In this document: piece by piece, positions 51,661-60,522 of the stretch
Position numbering within the stretch: the stretch's first letter is position 1
Layout of the letters: every line of letters starts with the position of its first letter
Origin: an uncultured Acidobacteriaceae bacterium
Lineage (GTDB): Bacteria; Acidobacteriota; Terriglobia; Terriglobales; Acidobacteriaceae
Assembly (NCBI GenBank): GCA_963724965.1
Contig: CAVRWP010000012.1
Coordinates: forward strand, 21,219 to 85,218
Length of the DNA: 64,000 nucleotides
Direction: 5' to 3'
Position numbers and translations under genes: made by a program
Notes under the pieces: model-generated
Seen by the model: the letters and a program-made list of their open reading frames with translations, nothing else
What the model was told of the DNA's origin: nothing
The model's database searches: none

Positions 51661-51966
51661 CTAAATGTATGACTCTAAAGGCGAAAAAGCAGATGAAACG
51701 GATCCAGAGGAGGACGCCACGACCGCAAACCCAACTTAGCGCCTTTCGCCCTGGGGCGAATGCACTCCAACTACCAACTGCCAGCGAATCGCTGTGGAAA
51801 TCTGCAACTCGCTCTTACGACAGAACTTAGGGCAGGTCTGCACCTCGGCCGCTGCAATGCGAACAATAACACATGGTTGACGATTTGGCTACAGAGTAGC
51901 TTCTCAGGCGCATATTTCTAGTAAAAGTGCGACAATCGGGGTTTAACTCAGCCTCCGCGACCAGCT

Positions 51967-52440
51967 ATGGCAACAACCCACAAAAAGGTCATCGTCCGCA
52001 AGATGGACCGCGACAGCGTCACCGGCTACGTCGGCGCCGCCTTCGTTGTCGATGGCAAGCTGGAGGTCATGAACACCTCCGGCAATGTCGTGACCATCGA
52101 CTTGGCCGACGTGAAGGGTGTGTATTTTGTACGCGAGTTCGGCGATACCGAGACTCTGACCCGCAAGACCTTCGCCTCCAGACCACGCATGGAGGGCCTG
52201 TGGGTGCGCCTGCGCTTTCGCGATAACGAAATCATCGAGGGACTGATGCCCAATGACCTGCTGCAGGAAGCGGGTGACGGATTTTCGATCATTCCGCCGG
52301 ACACCCACTCCAATACGCAGCGAATCTTCGTGCCGCGCTCGGCGCTGGCAGAGATGACGGTGATCGGCGTGATCGGCGAGAAGTCAGGACGCCGCGGACG
52401 CCGCCCCGAGGACACGCGCCAAGTACCGATGTTTCAGTGA
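51967..52440 (+). CDS. hypothetical protein
   Basis: 157-aa ORF with a basic C-terminus (GRRGRRPEDTRQ). Preceded by a 300-nt spacer. No recognised motif. Confidence 0.55.
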   Translation: MATTHKKVIVRKMDRDSVTGYVGAAFVVDGKLEVMNTSGNVVTIDLADVKGVYFVREFGDTETLTRKTFASRPRMEGLWVRLRFRDNEIIEGLMPNDLLQEAGDGFSIIPPDTHSNTQRIFVPRSALAEMTVIGVIGEKSGRRGRRPEDTRQVPMFQ

Positions 52441-52469
52441 GTCGGGTTTTATCCACCACGGAGACCGGA

Positions 52470-52494
52470 GGGTAGAGCTGGCCTTCAGGCCTGC
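52470..52494. repeat. solo half-copy of the family A repeat
   Basis: gggtagagctggccttcaggcctgc; compare gggtggagcaggccttcaggcctgc at 26325. Confidence 0.5.
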
Positions 52495-52609
52495 GTCGAG
52501 GCCATTTATTTCTGTATCCGAGTCGGGTCAGCCGACGGCACAAACTGTTCAGTCGGGCAAACCGCACGAAATTGGATTTGGGCTTTAGCCCGTGCATACT
52601 CAGGAACGA

Positions 52610-53638
52610 ATGAAACTTTCTGACATCGCCACCGCCCTCGGCACCACTCTCGAAAATGCGGACGGCAACACGGAAATCACCGGCGTCGCCGGCATTGAGG
52701 AAGCCTCCGCCGGACAGATTACCTTCGTCGCCAATCCCAAATATGCGGCCATGGCAAAGACCACGACCGCATCGGCTGTAATCGTCTCCACCGACTTCCC
52801 TGCCGTCGCGACCGGGGTGCTACGCAGCAAGAATCCTTACCTGGCCTTCGCGCGCGCCATCGACCTGTTCTACAAAACTCCCGCTTACGCGCCAGGCATC
52901 CATCCGACCGCGGTCATCGCTCCCACGGCAAAGGTAGGCGCGAACGCCCACATCGGCGCCTATGTCGTGGTTGAGGACGACGTCGTCATCGGCAACGACG
53001 CCGTTCTGCTGCCGCACGTCGTTATCTATCGTGGCGCGAAGATTGGCGACAAGTTCTTAGCGCACGCCCACGCTGTGGTACGCGAGTTCTGCACCGTGGG
53101 CAACCATGTCGTGTTGCAGAATGGCGTGATCGTCGGCTGCGACGGTTTCGGTTTTGCCCGCGATGGCGATCACTGGGAAAAGATCACGCAGTCGGGCCCG
53201 ACCGTCATCGAAGACAACGTCGAGGTGCAAGCCAATTCCTGCATCGACCGCGCCAGCGTTGGCGAAACACGCATCTCTCGCGGCGCCAAGGTCGACAATC
53301 TGGTGCAGGTGGGTCACGGCTCCGCGGTCGGCGAGAACACGCTCCTTTGCGCGCAGGTAGGACTGGCCGGCTCAACAGTCCTCGGCAAGAACGTCATTCT
53401 CGCTGGACAGGTCGGCGTCGCCGGACACTGCAATATCGGCGACGGCGTTATCGTCACCGCCCAGAGCGGCACGCACGGCGATATTCCCGCCGGCGCGATG
53501 GTCAGCGGCACCCCCGCCTTCGATCACAAACAATGGTTGCGGGCCGTCGGGATCTTCGCTAAGCTTCCGGAACTCGCCAAATCGTTGCGCGCCCGGACAT
53601 CAACCGCCGCCGCTACCAAGTCGCAAAACGAACCTTAA
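52610..53638 (+). CDS. lpxD: UDP-3-O-acylglucosamine N-acyltransferase
   Basis: N-terminus MKLSDIATALG, then a long run of hexapeptide repeats (left-handed beta-helix). An AGGAA RBS favours the ATG at 52610 within ORF 52592..53638. Confidence 0.9.
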   Translation: MKLSDIATALGTTLENADGNTEITGVAGIEEASAGQITFVANPKYAAMAKTTTASAVIVSTDFPAVATGVLRSKNPYLAFARAIDLFYKTPAYAPGIHPTAVIAPTAKVGANAHIGAYVVVEDDVVIGNDAVLLPHVVIYRGAKIGDKFLAHAHAVVREFCTVGNHVVLQNGVIVGCDGFGFARDGDHWEKITQSGPTVIEDNVEVQANSCIDRASVGETRISRGAKVDNLVQVGHGSAVGENTLLCAQVGLAGSTVLGKNVILAGQVGVAGHCNIGDGVIVTAQSGTHGDIPAGAMVSGTPAFDHKQWLRAVGIFAKLPELAKSLRARTSTAAATKSQNEP

Positions 53639-53725
53639 GGACAGGATTTCAGGTTCTGAACAAAATTTCGTGCGCCTTTTGTCCCAAATTAAGTTTCCCG
53701 AGCAACCAAAGCTGCTTCTAACTAT

Positions 53726-54535
53726 TTGATGAGCGAAGAAGTATCCAATCCGCCGGTACAGACGTCTCTCGGTCCGCAGGTCGTTCCCGATAAGCCGATT
53801 CGCGTGCTGCTGCTCGACGATCGCGAAGAGAACCTGGTTCTGCGCTCGGCCATCCTCCGGCAAAAGGGCTACTCGGTCGTCACCTCCAGTTCCATCGAAG
53901 AGGCGGAATCGAAGATTCAGGCCATCGACATCGCAGTGCTCGATTACCATCTCGGCTCCGGAAAATTCGGCACCGATGTTGCTGAGACGCTGCGCCGCAA
54001 GCGGCCCCAGGTTCCCATCATCATTCTGTCGGCTACGCTGGAGCGCAAGTTTGGCGGCATCGCCGACATGCATTTGTTGAAGGGTTACAGCTCGGTCGAC
54101 GATTTGGTCAACGCGCTGCGCTCGTTCGAAGCGAAGAAGCGCGGCCGCCCTGTGGTGGTCGACGCGCGCGATTTTTACTATTCACGCATCTCCATGGCGA
54201 TGGGCGACGATATCGTGCTCGAGATCCTGGACCGGGACGGCAACTGGCAGTTCGTCAACGACTACTTCGCTTCGATGAACGGGCACAAGCGAGCCTGGTT
54301 CGCGGGGAAAAACCTGTTTGAGCAATTCCCTCAGCTCGGCGACGAGTGGCGCGAGATCCTGCGCACGGTCGCGGATACGCGCGAAACGTACATCGATCGC
54401 CGTGGCTTTCGCGGCGCATCGCACCTGCCCCAGGAAAGCCCTTACTGGTCCTGGAACGTGCTGATCTTCCCCATCAAACTACACGACGACCGCGACGGCG
54501 CCGTACTGACCGCGAGACTGATTGAAAAGAAATAA
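53726..54535 (+). CDS. response regulator receiver plus PAS domain protein
   Basis: VLLLDD ... IAVLDYHLG ... IIILSA receiver signature, followed by a PAS-like segment (LEILDRDGNWQFVNDYF). Confidence 0.8.
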   Translation: MMSEEVSNPPVQTSLGPQVVPDKPIRVLLLDDREENLVLRSAILRQKGYSVVTSSSIEEAESKIQAIDIAVLDYHLGSGKFGTDVAETLRRKRPQVPIIILSATLERKFGGIADMHLLKGYSSVDDLVNALRSFEAKKRGRPVVVDARDFYYSRISMAMGDDIVLEILDRDGNWQFVNDYFASMNGHKRAWFAGKNLFEQFPQLGDEWREILRTVADTRETYIDRRGFRGASHLPQESPYWSWNVLIFPIKLHDDRDGAVLTARLIEKK

Positions 54536-54539
54536 TGAG

Positions 54540-54572
54540 TTGTCATCACGAGCGGAGCGAGGGATCTGCTGT
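54540..54572. repeat. solo family B repeat unit
   Basis: ttgtcatcacgagcggagcgagggatctgctg; compare the left arm at 18800. Confidence 0.55.
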
Positions 54573-54647
54573 CTGCTTTCAGCGCAACGAGTCTTCGATC
54601 GGCTCTGTCGTCAGGATTGCCCGTAAACTCGCTGTCTCTATGGTGAA

Positions 54648-55388
54648 TTAGCGTCGCTCAACCGGCAGCGCACTGGCAATCGACTCCCGCACCGCCATCG
54701 TTAACGCATCGCGATCCTGAAACTCACGCGGGTCAATCGGCGGATGAAAAATCACCGTCGCCGTCCCCGGACGCATCGCGAAGCGCGTCTTCGGCCAGCT
54801 CTCAAACGTCCCCAGGATCGTGACCGGAATCACGGGCACGCTCGAATCCATCGCCAGGTGAAACGGCCCTTTCTTGAAGGGCAGCAGGCGCCCGTCTGCC
54901 GAGCGCGTTCCCTCGGGATAGATCACCATGTGCAGCCCCTTCTTCAGCACCTCAGTCGCCGCACGAATACTTTCGATGGCAGCCTCGCGATTGCTACGAT
55001 CGACGGGAACAAGATCTGCCAGCCGCATAGCCGTTCCCAGGATCGGCGTGCGAAACAACTCCTTCTTGACCAGCACCGAGCAGCGGCCCGGAATGCTCGG
55101 AATCAAGATCGGCGGATCGAGGTTCGAGACATGGTTGGCCATGAAGATGTAACCCCGGCCGGGCTGCAGGTTCTCCAGCCCGCGCAATACGATCGTTACG
55201 CCAACCAGGCGAATTCCGGTGATGCTGAGCTTGGTTGCGATGTAGTAGAGAGGCTTGATGTTGCCGGTGATCGCGGCGAACAGCAACACCGGCGGTCCGA
55301 CAAGGAGGAGGCAGATCCCCCAGAACGCCAGCATCGCCAGGCTGCGGATCAATGGGTGGCTCCGGCTTCGTCGTCGCCGTGTATCCAC
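54648..55388 (-). CDS. plsC: 1-acyl-sn-glycerol-3-phosphate acyltransferase
   Basis: NHVSNLDP (HX4D) and IYPEGTRS motifs. The GTG at 55388 overlaps the upstream gene by 40 nt; an alternative ATG is at 55334. Confidence 0.85.
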   Translation of the reverse strand: MDTRRRRSRSHPLIRSLAMLAFWGICLLLVGPPVLLFAAITGNIKPLYYIATKLSITGIRLVGVTIVLRGLENLQPGRGYIFMANHVSNLDPPILIPSIPGRCSVLVKKELFRTPILGTAMRLADLVPVDRSNREAAIESIRAATEVLKKGLHMVIYPEGTRSADGRLLPFKKGPFHLAMDSSVPVIPVTILGTFESWPKTRFAMRPGTATVIFHPPIDPREFQDRDALTMAVRESIASALPVERR

Positions 55389-57226
55389 GCGGTACGATGC
55401 GCACGCTGCTCAGGCGTAACGGCAGGCAGGTCGCGCAACTCGTAGGTCTGAACCTGCCGCGAAGTGAGTCGCAGCTCGATCTCGCGCCGGCTGCGCCGAC
55501 TCTCCAGTTGCAGATGAATCACCGTGCCGGGCGTCATGCGCGCCAGTTGCTCATCCAGATATCCTTCGGCCGGCGCGCCGTTCAAAGCCGTGATCCGGTC
55601 GCCCGGATTCACGCCGAGGCGCTGCGCATCGCTGTTCGGCTCGACCTGCGCCACCTCCGGCTGTCCACCCAAGTTTGCAGTGGTGGTGAAGCCCGCGCTG
55701 CCCACGCGCGTCGTGCCCGGCACAACATGCAGACCAACAAACTGGAAAAAATCGTCGTAAGGAATTTCACGCACGCCAGAAACGTAATCGTGAAAGAACT
55801 CCTTGAAATTCTGCTCGCCGCTCACCGCCTCAGCCGCTTGCTCGACGCCTTCGGAATCCTTGAAGTAGATATGCTGCTTGGCGTACTTGTCGTTCATGTA
55901 ATGGAACAGGTCGCGGAGCGACTTCTTGCCCCCGGTCAACTGCCGGATGCGCAGGTCGAGCAGCACGCCCAGAATCTCGCCCTTGTTGTAATAGCTGATG
56001 CTGCGCTCGGCGGAGCGATAAAAGAGGATGCCTTCGAACCAGGCGTCTAGGCTCGACTCCTCCACCGACTGCCAAACATGCGCCGGGCGTCCCTGCAACT
56101 CCGTAATCTCTCCCGAGAGGGCCGACAGATACTGTTGCTCGTTAATCAGGCCTGAGCGCGCCAGCATTAAGTCGCCAACCGTACTGGTCACGCCTTCGCA
56201 GAACCACAGCGCCCGCGTGTCCATCTCGTTTTGATAGCTGATCGGCTCCAGCGAAAACGGCCGGATACGCTTCACGTTCCACAAATGAAAGAACTCGTGC
56301 GCCGTCACCGCCGCAACGGGATACAGGTCCTCACGCAGCCGGTCAGCGTTCACGTCAATCGCCGTACCGTACGCGTGCTCCATGCCCCCACCTGCGGGCC
56401 CGTGCGGAAAGTGATAAAGGAATGTGTACTCGTCGAACGGCCGGTCCTGCATCCAGTCGACCTCGGCATGGGTAATTTGCCGCAGCACGCCGTCCAGCTT
56501 GGTCATGTCATAGTCAGCCGGATTACCGTGTACCACAACGTGGTAGGTCGCTCCATCCTGCTGAAATGATGATTGCTGAAAGACACCGACTTCGGCGGGA
56601 CTGTCGACCAGCTCGTCGTAGTTCTTGGCGAGGCCGACCGTCTGGTCGACCTTTCCCGGAGCAGCTCCTCCCAGGATGTGCACATCGCGCAGTCCCCACG
56701 CAGGCGGTACATCGAGCAGACGAATGCTCATCGGCCGATAACGCAACGCGGGCGAATACATCAAAACCATCGCCCAGTTGAAGAAGCCGTGATCCGCGCT
56801 CAGGCTGCTCCCAAAGGGCCCCGGGCTAGCGAGATGAATGTCGTAATGAATAACAACGCACGGCGTGGGACTGATAACCTGCCACCGGCTGGTGGTTACG
56901 TTCTCAAACTCTGCAATGGGTGCGCCCAGCGCGGATTCCGCGCGAACATTCTCGACGTTGGCAGCGAAGTTTCGCACTTGGTACAGCGCATTCCAAACCG
57001 GCATATCGACAACCTGCACTCCCGGACCAGTCCCGTTAAGCCGGATGCTGACGTGCGCCAGGTGCGTCGCCGGATCGGCCAGCGACACGAAATACTCGGT
57101 CGGCTCAGCCTGGGGATTCACCGGACTGGTACAGGTGACCGGAGTGGCGGCATAGGATGTGGTAGCGAGAATGAATGGGAGCGCCAGACAAAACAGCAAT
57201 GCGGAAGCAGCTCGGTTCCGGCTCAC
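55349..57226 (-). CDS. M61 family glycyl aminopeptidase with C-terminal PDZ domain
   Basis: HEFFHLWN zinc motif. PDZ-like segment GVNPGDRITALNG. Signal peptide ALLFCLALPFILATTSYA. The GTG start overlaps the mpl stop (GTGA). Confidence 0.88.
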   Translation of the reverse strand: MSRNRAASALLFCLALPFILATTSYAATPVTCTSPVNPQAEPTEYFVSLADPATHLAHVSIRLNGTGPGVQVVDMPVWNALYQVRNFAANVENVRAESALGAPIAEFENVTTSRWQVISPTPCVVIHYDIHLASPGPFGSSLSADHGFFNWAMVLMYSPALRYRPMSIRLLDVPPAWGLRDVHILGGAAPGKVDQTVGLAKNYDELVDSPAEVGVFQQSSFQQDGATYHVVVHGNPADYDMTKLDGVLRQITHAEVDWMQDRPFDEYTFLYHFPHGPAGGGMEHAYGTAIDVNADRLREDLYPVAAVTAHEFFHLWNVKRIRPFSLEPISYQNEMDTRALWFCEGVTSTVGDLMLARSGLINEQQYLSALSGEITELQGRPAHVWQSVEESSLDAWFEGILFYRSAERSISYYNKGEILGVLLDLRIRQLTGGKKSLRDLFHYMNDKYAKQHIYFKDSEGVEQAAEAVSGEQNFKEFFHDYVSGVREIPYDDFFQFVGLHVVPGTTRVGSAGFTTTANLGGQPEVAQVEPNSDAQRLGVNPGDRITALNGAPAEGYLDEQLARMTPGTVIHLQLESRRSRREIELRLTSRQVQTYELRDLPAVTPEQRAHRTAWIHGDDEAGATH

Positions 57227-58653
57227 GCGGGGGTTGTCACCTCTTGAAGCGATTTGAGCTTACGCGGCAGCTTCTCGTAAATCCCGCCAAAGCCGCCATT
57301 GGAGAGTATCGCCACCACGTCGCCGGCGCGCAACTGCGGGGCAATGGCGTCGACGATGGCATCGGCATTTCCCAGCAGCCGGGCAGGCTTGCCGCTGGCG
57401 CTCAGGTCAGCTACAACCTTGGCCGGATCGAGGCGTTCGCTCTCGGCAATGGCCTCCGACTTGAATACATCGGCGAGAATAATCTGGTCGGCCATGGCCA
57501 GGCTCTGCGCCAGTTCGCCTTGGAACACTGCGCGGCGCAAGGTGTTGGAACGCGGCTCCAGAATGGCCCACAAACGCCGCCCACCATATCGCGTCCGCAC
57601 TGCCTTCAACGTCTGCGCAATCGCCGTAGGATGATGCGCGAAGTCGTCGATGATGGTGATGCCGCCGATCTCGGCCTTAACCTCCAACCGCCGTTTCACG
57701 CTGCGGAATTCGCGAAGCGCCGCAGCAATCTCGCCGGCGGAGATGCCGTAGCTGACCGCCAGGGCGGCCGCCGCGGTTGCGTTCAACACGTTGTACTCGC
57801 CCGCCAGCGGAAACGCTAATTCGGCCGGAGCCATTCCATCGCGAGAGACCTTCCAGCGCGTCTCGTTCGGCAGATATTCTACGTCGGAGATGCGCCACGC
57901 CGAATCCGGAGCAAAGCCGTACCTTTCGACGCGACAGAGAGCGTGACTCACGCACTCATCCACGTTCGGATGTCCGTCCCACGCGATCAACACCCCGCGG
58001 CGAGGGATGAGGTTGACCAGGCGCTTGAATGCCGTCTTCACCTCGTCGAGGTTTTTGTAGATGTCGGCGTGATCAAACTCGACTGAGGTCAGAATCACCG
58101 CGTCCGGAAAGTAGTGCAGGAACTTTGGACCCTTGTCGAAAAAGGCCGTGTCGTACTCGTCTCCTTCGAGGATGAATTCCTTGCCATCGCCGAGAGCGAA
58201 CGAGCTGCCGAAGTTCTCCGGGATACCGCCAATCAGAAAGCTGGGCGAACGCCCAGCGTGATGAAAAATCCAGCTGACCAGCGATGTCGTCGTGGTCTTG
58301 CCGTGGGTTCCGGCGACCACCAGCCGCTCTTTTTCGATCAGAAACTCGTCGTGGAGCACCTGTGCCATCGACTGGAATGCGATGCGCTGGTCCAGGATGT
58401 ATTCCAGCTCAACGTTGCCCCGCGAGATCGCATTGCCTACAACCACCAGGTCAGGACGAGGCTCAAGGTTTTTTTCACTGAACGGCTGCGCAATCGGAAT
58501 ATTCAGCGACGCCAGGAAGTCTGACATTGGGGGATATGCCGCAGCGTCGGACCCCGTCACATGATGTCCCGCCGCTTTCAACATTCCGGCCAGTGACGCC
58601 ATAGCTGTGCCACAGATGCCGATCAGGTGAATGTGTTTCTTCGTCAATGCCAA
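57223..58653 (-). CDS. mpl: UDP-N-acetylmuramate:L-alanyl-gamma-D-glutamyl-meso-diaminopimelate ligase
   Basis: IHLIGICGTAMASLAGML N-terminus and GTHGKTTTTS P-loop (Mur ligase family, Mpl-type N-terminus). Confidence 0.88.
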   Translation of the reverse strand: MALTKKHIHLIGICGTAMASLAGMLKAAGHHVTGSDAAAYPPMSDFLASLNIPIAQPFSEKNLEPRPDLVVVGNAISRGNVELEYILDQRIAFQSMAQVLHDEFLIEKERLVVAGTHGKTTTTSLVSWIFHHAGRSPSFLIGGIPENFGSSFALGDGKEFILEGDEYDTAFFDKGPKFLHYFPDAVILTSVEFDHADIYKNLDEVKTAFKRLVNLIPRRGVLIAWDGHPNVDECVSHALCRVERYGFAPDSAWRISDVEYLPNETRWKVSRDGMAPAELAFPLAGEYNVLNATAAAALAVSYGISAGEIAAALREFRSVKRRLEVKAEIGGITIIDDFAHHPTAIAQTLKAVRTRYGGRRLWAILEPRSNTLRRAVFQGELAQSLAMADQIILADVFKSEAIAESERLDPAKVVADLSASGKPARLLGNADAIVDAIAPQLRAGDVVAILSNGGFGGIYEKLPRKLKSLQEVTTPA

Positions 58654-58708
58654 ATTCCTCGCAGACTTCGTCTGCCATCAACGTCCAGCGCAGCACGCGG
58701 CAGACAGG

Positions 58709-59683
58709 CTACGCTCTCACCGTGCTCGAGCTTCGCTGCACCGCCGGTTCACAGCTGAGCTCCATTCCGTCAGCGTCAAGCGACAACCTTGCTTTTACCC
58801 CGAACGGCAGCGTCAGCGCCCCGCTGGAAACGTGCCCCGATTTCAAGCCAAAGGCAATGGGAATATCAAGGTCTCCGACGATCCGCATGACGACCTCCGT
58901 CAGCGTGTAGTCCAGCGCGCCTGCTTCGTTGCAGTCGATCATCTCGCCGAAAACGATGCCTCGCACTCCGTCGAACTTCCCTGCCAGCTTCAATTGCATC
59001 AGCATGCGATCGATGCGGTACGGCCGCTCGGCGCGATCTTCGATGAACAGGATCGTGCCGCCGGTCCGAATCTCGTACGGCGTTCCCAGCGAGGCCACCA
59101 GCAACGACAGGCAGCCGCCATACAAAACTCCCGCGGCGCGTCCCTGTTTCAGTACCTGGATTCCGTCCGCGCCACCGAATTCCCGACGGAAGGGATGCTC
59201 TGATCCGACAGCCGCATTCCAACTCCCCTCGTCCATTCCATCAGGCCGAGCAAAATCTCCGGCGACCATCGGTCCGTGGAAGGTCACCAGGCCGGCGGCA
59301 TCGCACAGGTACGTCAGCAAAGTTGTCACGTCGCTGCAGCCGGCAAAGATCTTGGGATTGGCGCGAATCAACTCCACGTCAAGATGTGGCAGCAGATAGT
59401 TGCATCCATAACCACCCCGCGCGCACAGAACCGCCTTCACCTCAGGCCGGCGAAACATCTCATGCAACTCATCGACGCGCCGCCGCACCGGGCCGCCGAA
59501 GTAGAGCTCGCGATCGAAGATCGAAGGCAGGTAGAACGGTTTGTAGCCCAACCGCAGCAGGTGCGCGCAGCCGGCTTCAAACTCGTCGCGGCGAAAGCCG
59601 CTGGAGGGCGCGATGATGCCAACCGTGTCACCCGGCTGCAAAGCCGCGGGACGAAGGCGCACAGGCTGAGGGATTTCTGCCAT
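58709..59683 (-). CDS. ldcA: LD-carboxypeptidase (S66, muramoyltetrapeptide carboxypeptidase)
   Basis: GDTVGIIAPSS N-terminus, nucleophile segment FAGCSDVT and C-terminal GLKSGH. 324 aa. Confidence 0.85.
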   Translation of the reverse strand: MAEIPQPVRLRPAALQPGDTVGIIAPSSGFRRDEFEAGCAHLLRLGYKPFYLPSIFDRELYFGGPVRRRVDELHEMFRRPEVKAVLCARGGYGCNYLLPHLDVELIRANPKIFAGCSDVTTLLTYLCDAAGLVTFHGPMVAGDFARPDGMDEGSWNAAVGSEHPFRREFGGADGIQVLKQGRAAGVLYGGCLSLLVASLGTPYEIRTGGTILFIEDRAERPYRIDRMLMQLKLAGKFDGVRGIVFGEMIDCNEAGALDYTLTEVVMRIVGDLDIPIAFGLKSGHVSSGALTLPFGVKARLSLDADGMELSCEPAVQRSSSTVRA

Positions 59684-59697
59684 CGGGAAGGCTTATC

Positions 59698-60480
59698 TTA
59701 AATGAAAAATTCGCCGCGGCAGAGTAGTGTCGCTGGTCCCGTAAGGAAGACTTCCCCCGACCACTCCACGGTCTGCGCGCCGCCCAGGCTACGCACTCGC
59801 ACCGGCGACGTCACTTTGCCTTTGTGGATGGAAGCGACTGCGGCCGCGCTGGAGCCTGTACCCGATGACATGGTCTCGCCCACGCCACGCTCGCAGAAGC
59901 GCACCTCAATTTCGGACGGGCCCAGCACCTTGACGAACTCGACATTCATCCCGTGCTCGAAATCGTGGTGCAGCGAAATCTGCTCGGCCTTGGCCTGCCA
60001 TCCGTTTTCGAACTCCGGCACGAACCCCACAAAGTGTGGATTGCCCATCGAGACTAGTGTGCCCGTGATTTCTCCATAGGCAGTTCGGCAGGAGACATCG
60101 TCACCGACCTCGGGCTTGCCCATCGAGCTCCGAAACTCGAAGCTGTACCCGTCGCGGGATTTCAGTTCACAGCGCTTCAGGCCGGCGCCCGTGCGAATCA
60201 CGACAGCATTGCGATGATGTTCGTCGCACCACCAGGCCGCGACACAGCGCGTGCCATTGCCCGAGATCTCGGCCTCCGAGCCGTCGGCGTTCAGCAAACG
60301 AACACCCAGGTCGGCATCGTTGGCCGGCAGTACCCACTCCACTCCATCGGCGCCCACCCCGTTATGGCGGTCGCAAATCCGTCGGGTAAACTCGCCGATG
60401 TTTTCGGGCGCGTGCACGAAATCGATGATGAGAAAGTCGTTGCCACAGGCGGTCGCTTTGAGGAACGGAATACTGGCCAT
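59698..60480 (-). CDS. dapF: diaminopimelate epimerase homolog with Ser at both catalytic Cys positions
   Basis: The ACGNDFLIID N-terminus and NADGSEAEISGNGTRC and GETMSSGTGSSAAA segments align with E. coli NADGSEVAQCGNGARC and GETQACGSGACAAA. Residues 73 and 206 are Ser (TCG codons at 60262-60264 and 59863-59865). Confidence 0.8.
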   Translation of the reverse strand: MASIPFLKATACGNDFLIIDFVHAPENIGEFTRRICDRHNGVGADGVEWVLPANDADLGVRLLNADGSEAEISGNGTRCVAAWWCDEHHRNAVVIRTGAGLKRCELKSRDGYSFEFRSSMGKPEVGDDVSCRTAYGEITGTLVSMGNPHFVGFVPEFENGWQAKAEQISLHHDFEHGMNVEFVKVLGPSEIEVRFCERGVGETMSSGTGSSAAAVASIHKGKVTSPVRVRSLGGAQTVEWSGEVFLTGPATLLCRGEFFI

Positions 60481-60522
60481 GTTGGATGCACTGCGCGAAT
60501 TCTAGCAGAGCCATGCTGTAGC

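Noticed and set aside
51661-51966. The 306-nt spacer before the gene at 51967 as an ncRNA gene.
   Set aside because: It contains only a small hairpin (ttcgccctggggcgaa) and a weak 3-unit heptad tract. There is nothing I can assign to a known RNA family by eye.
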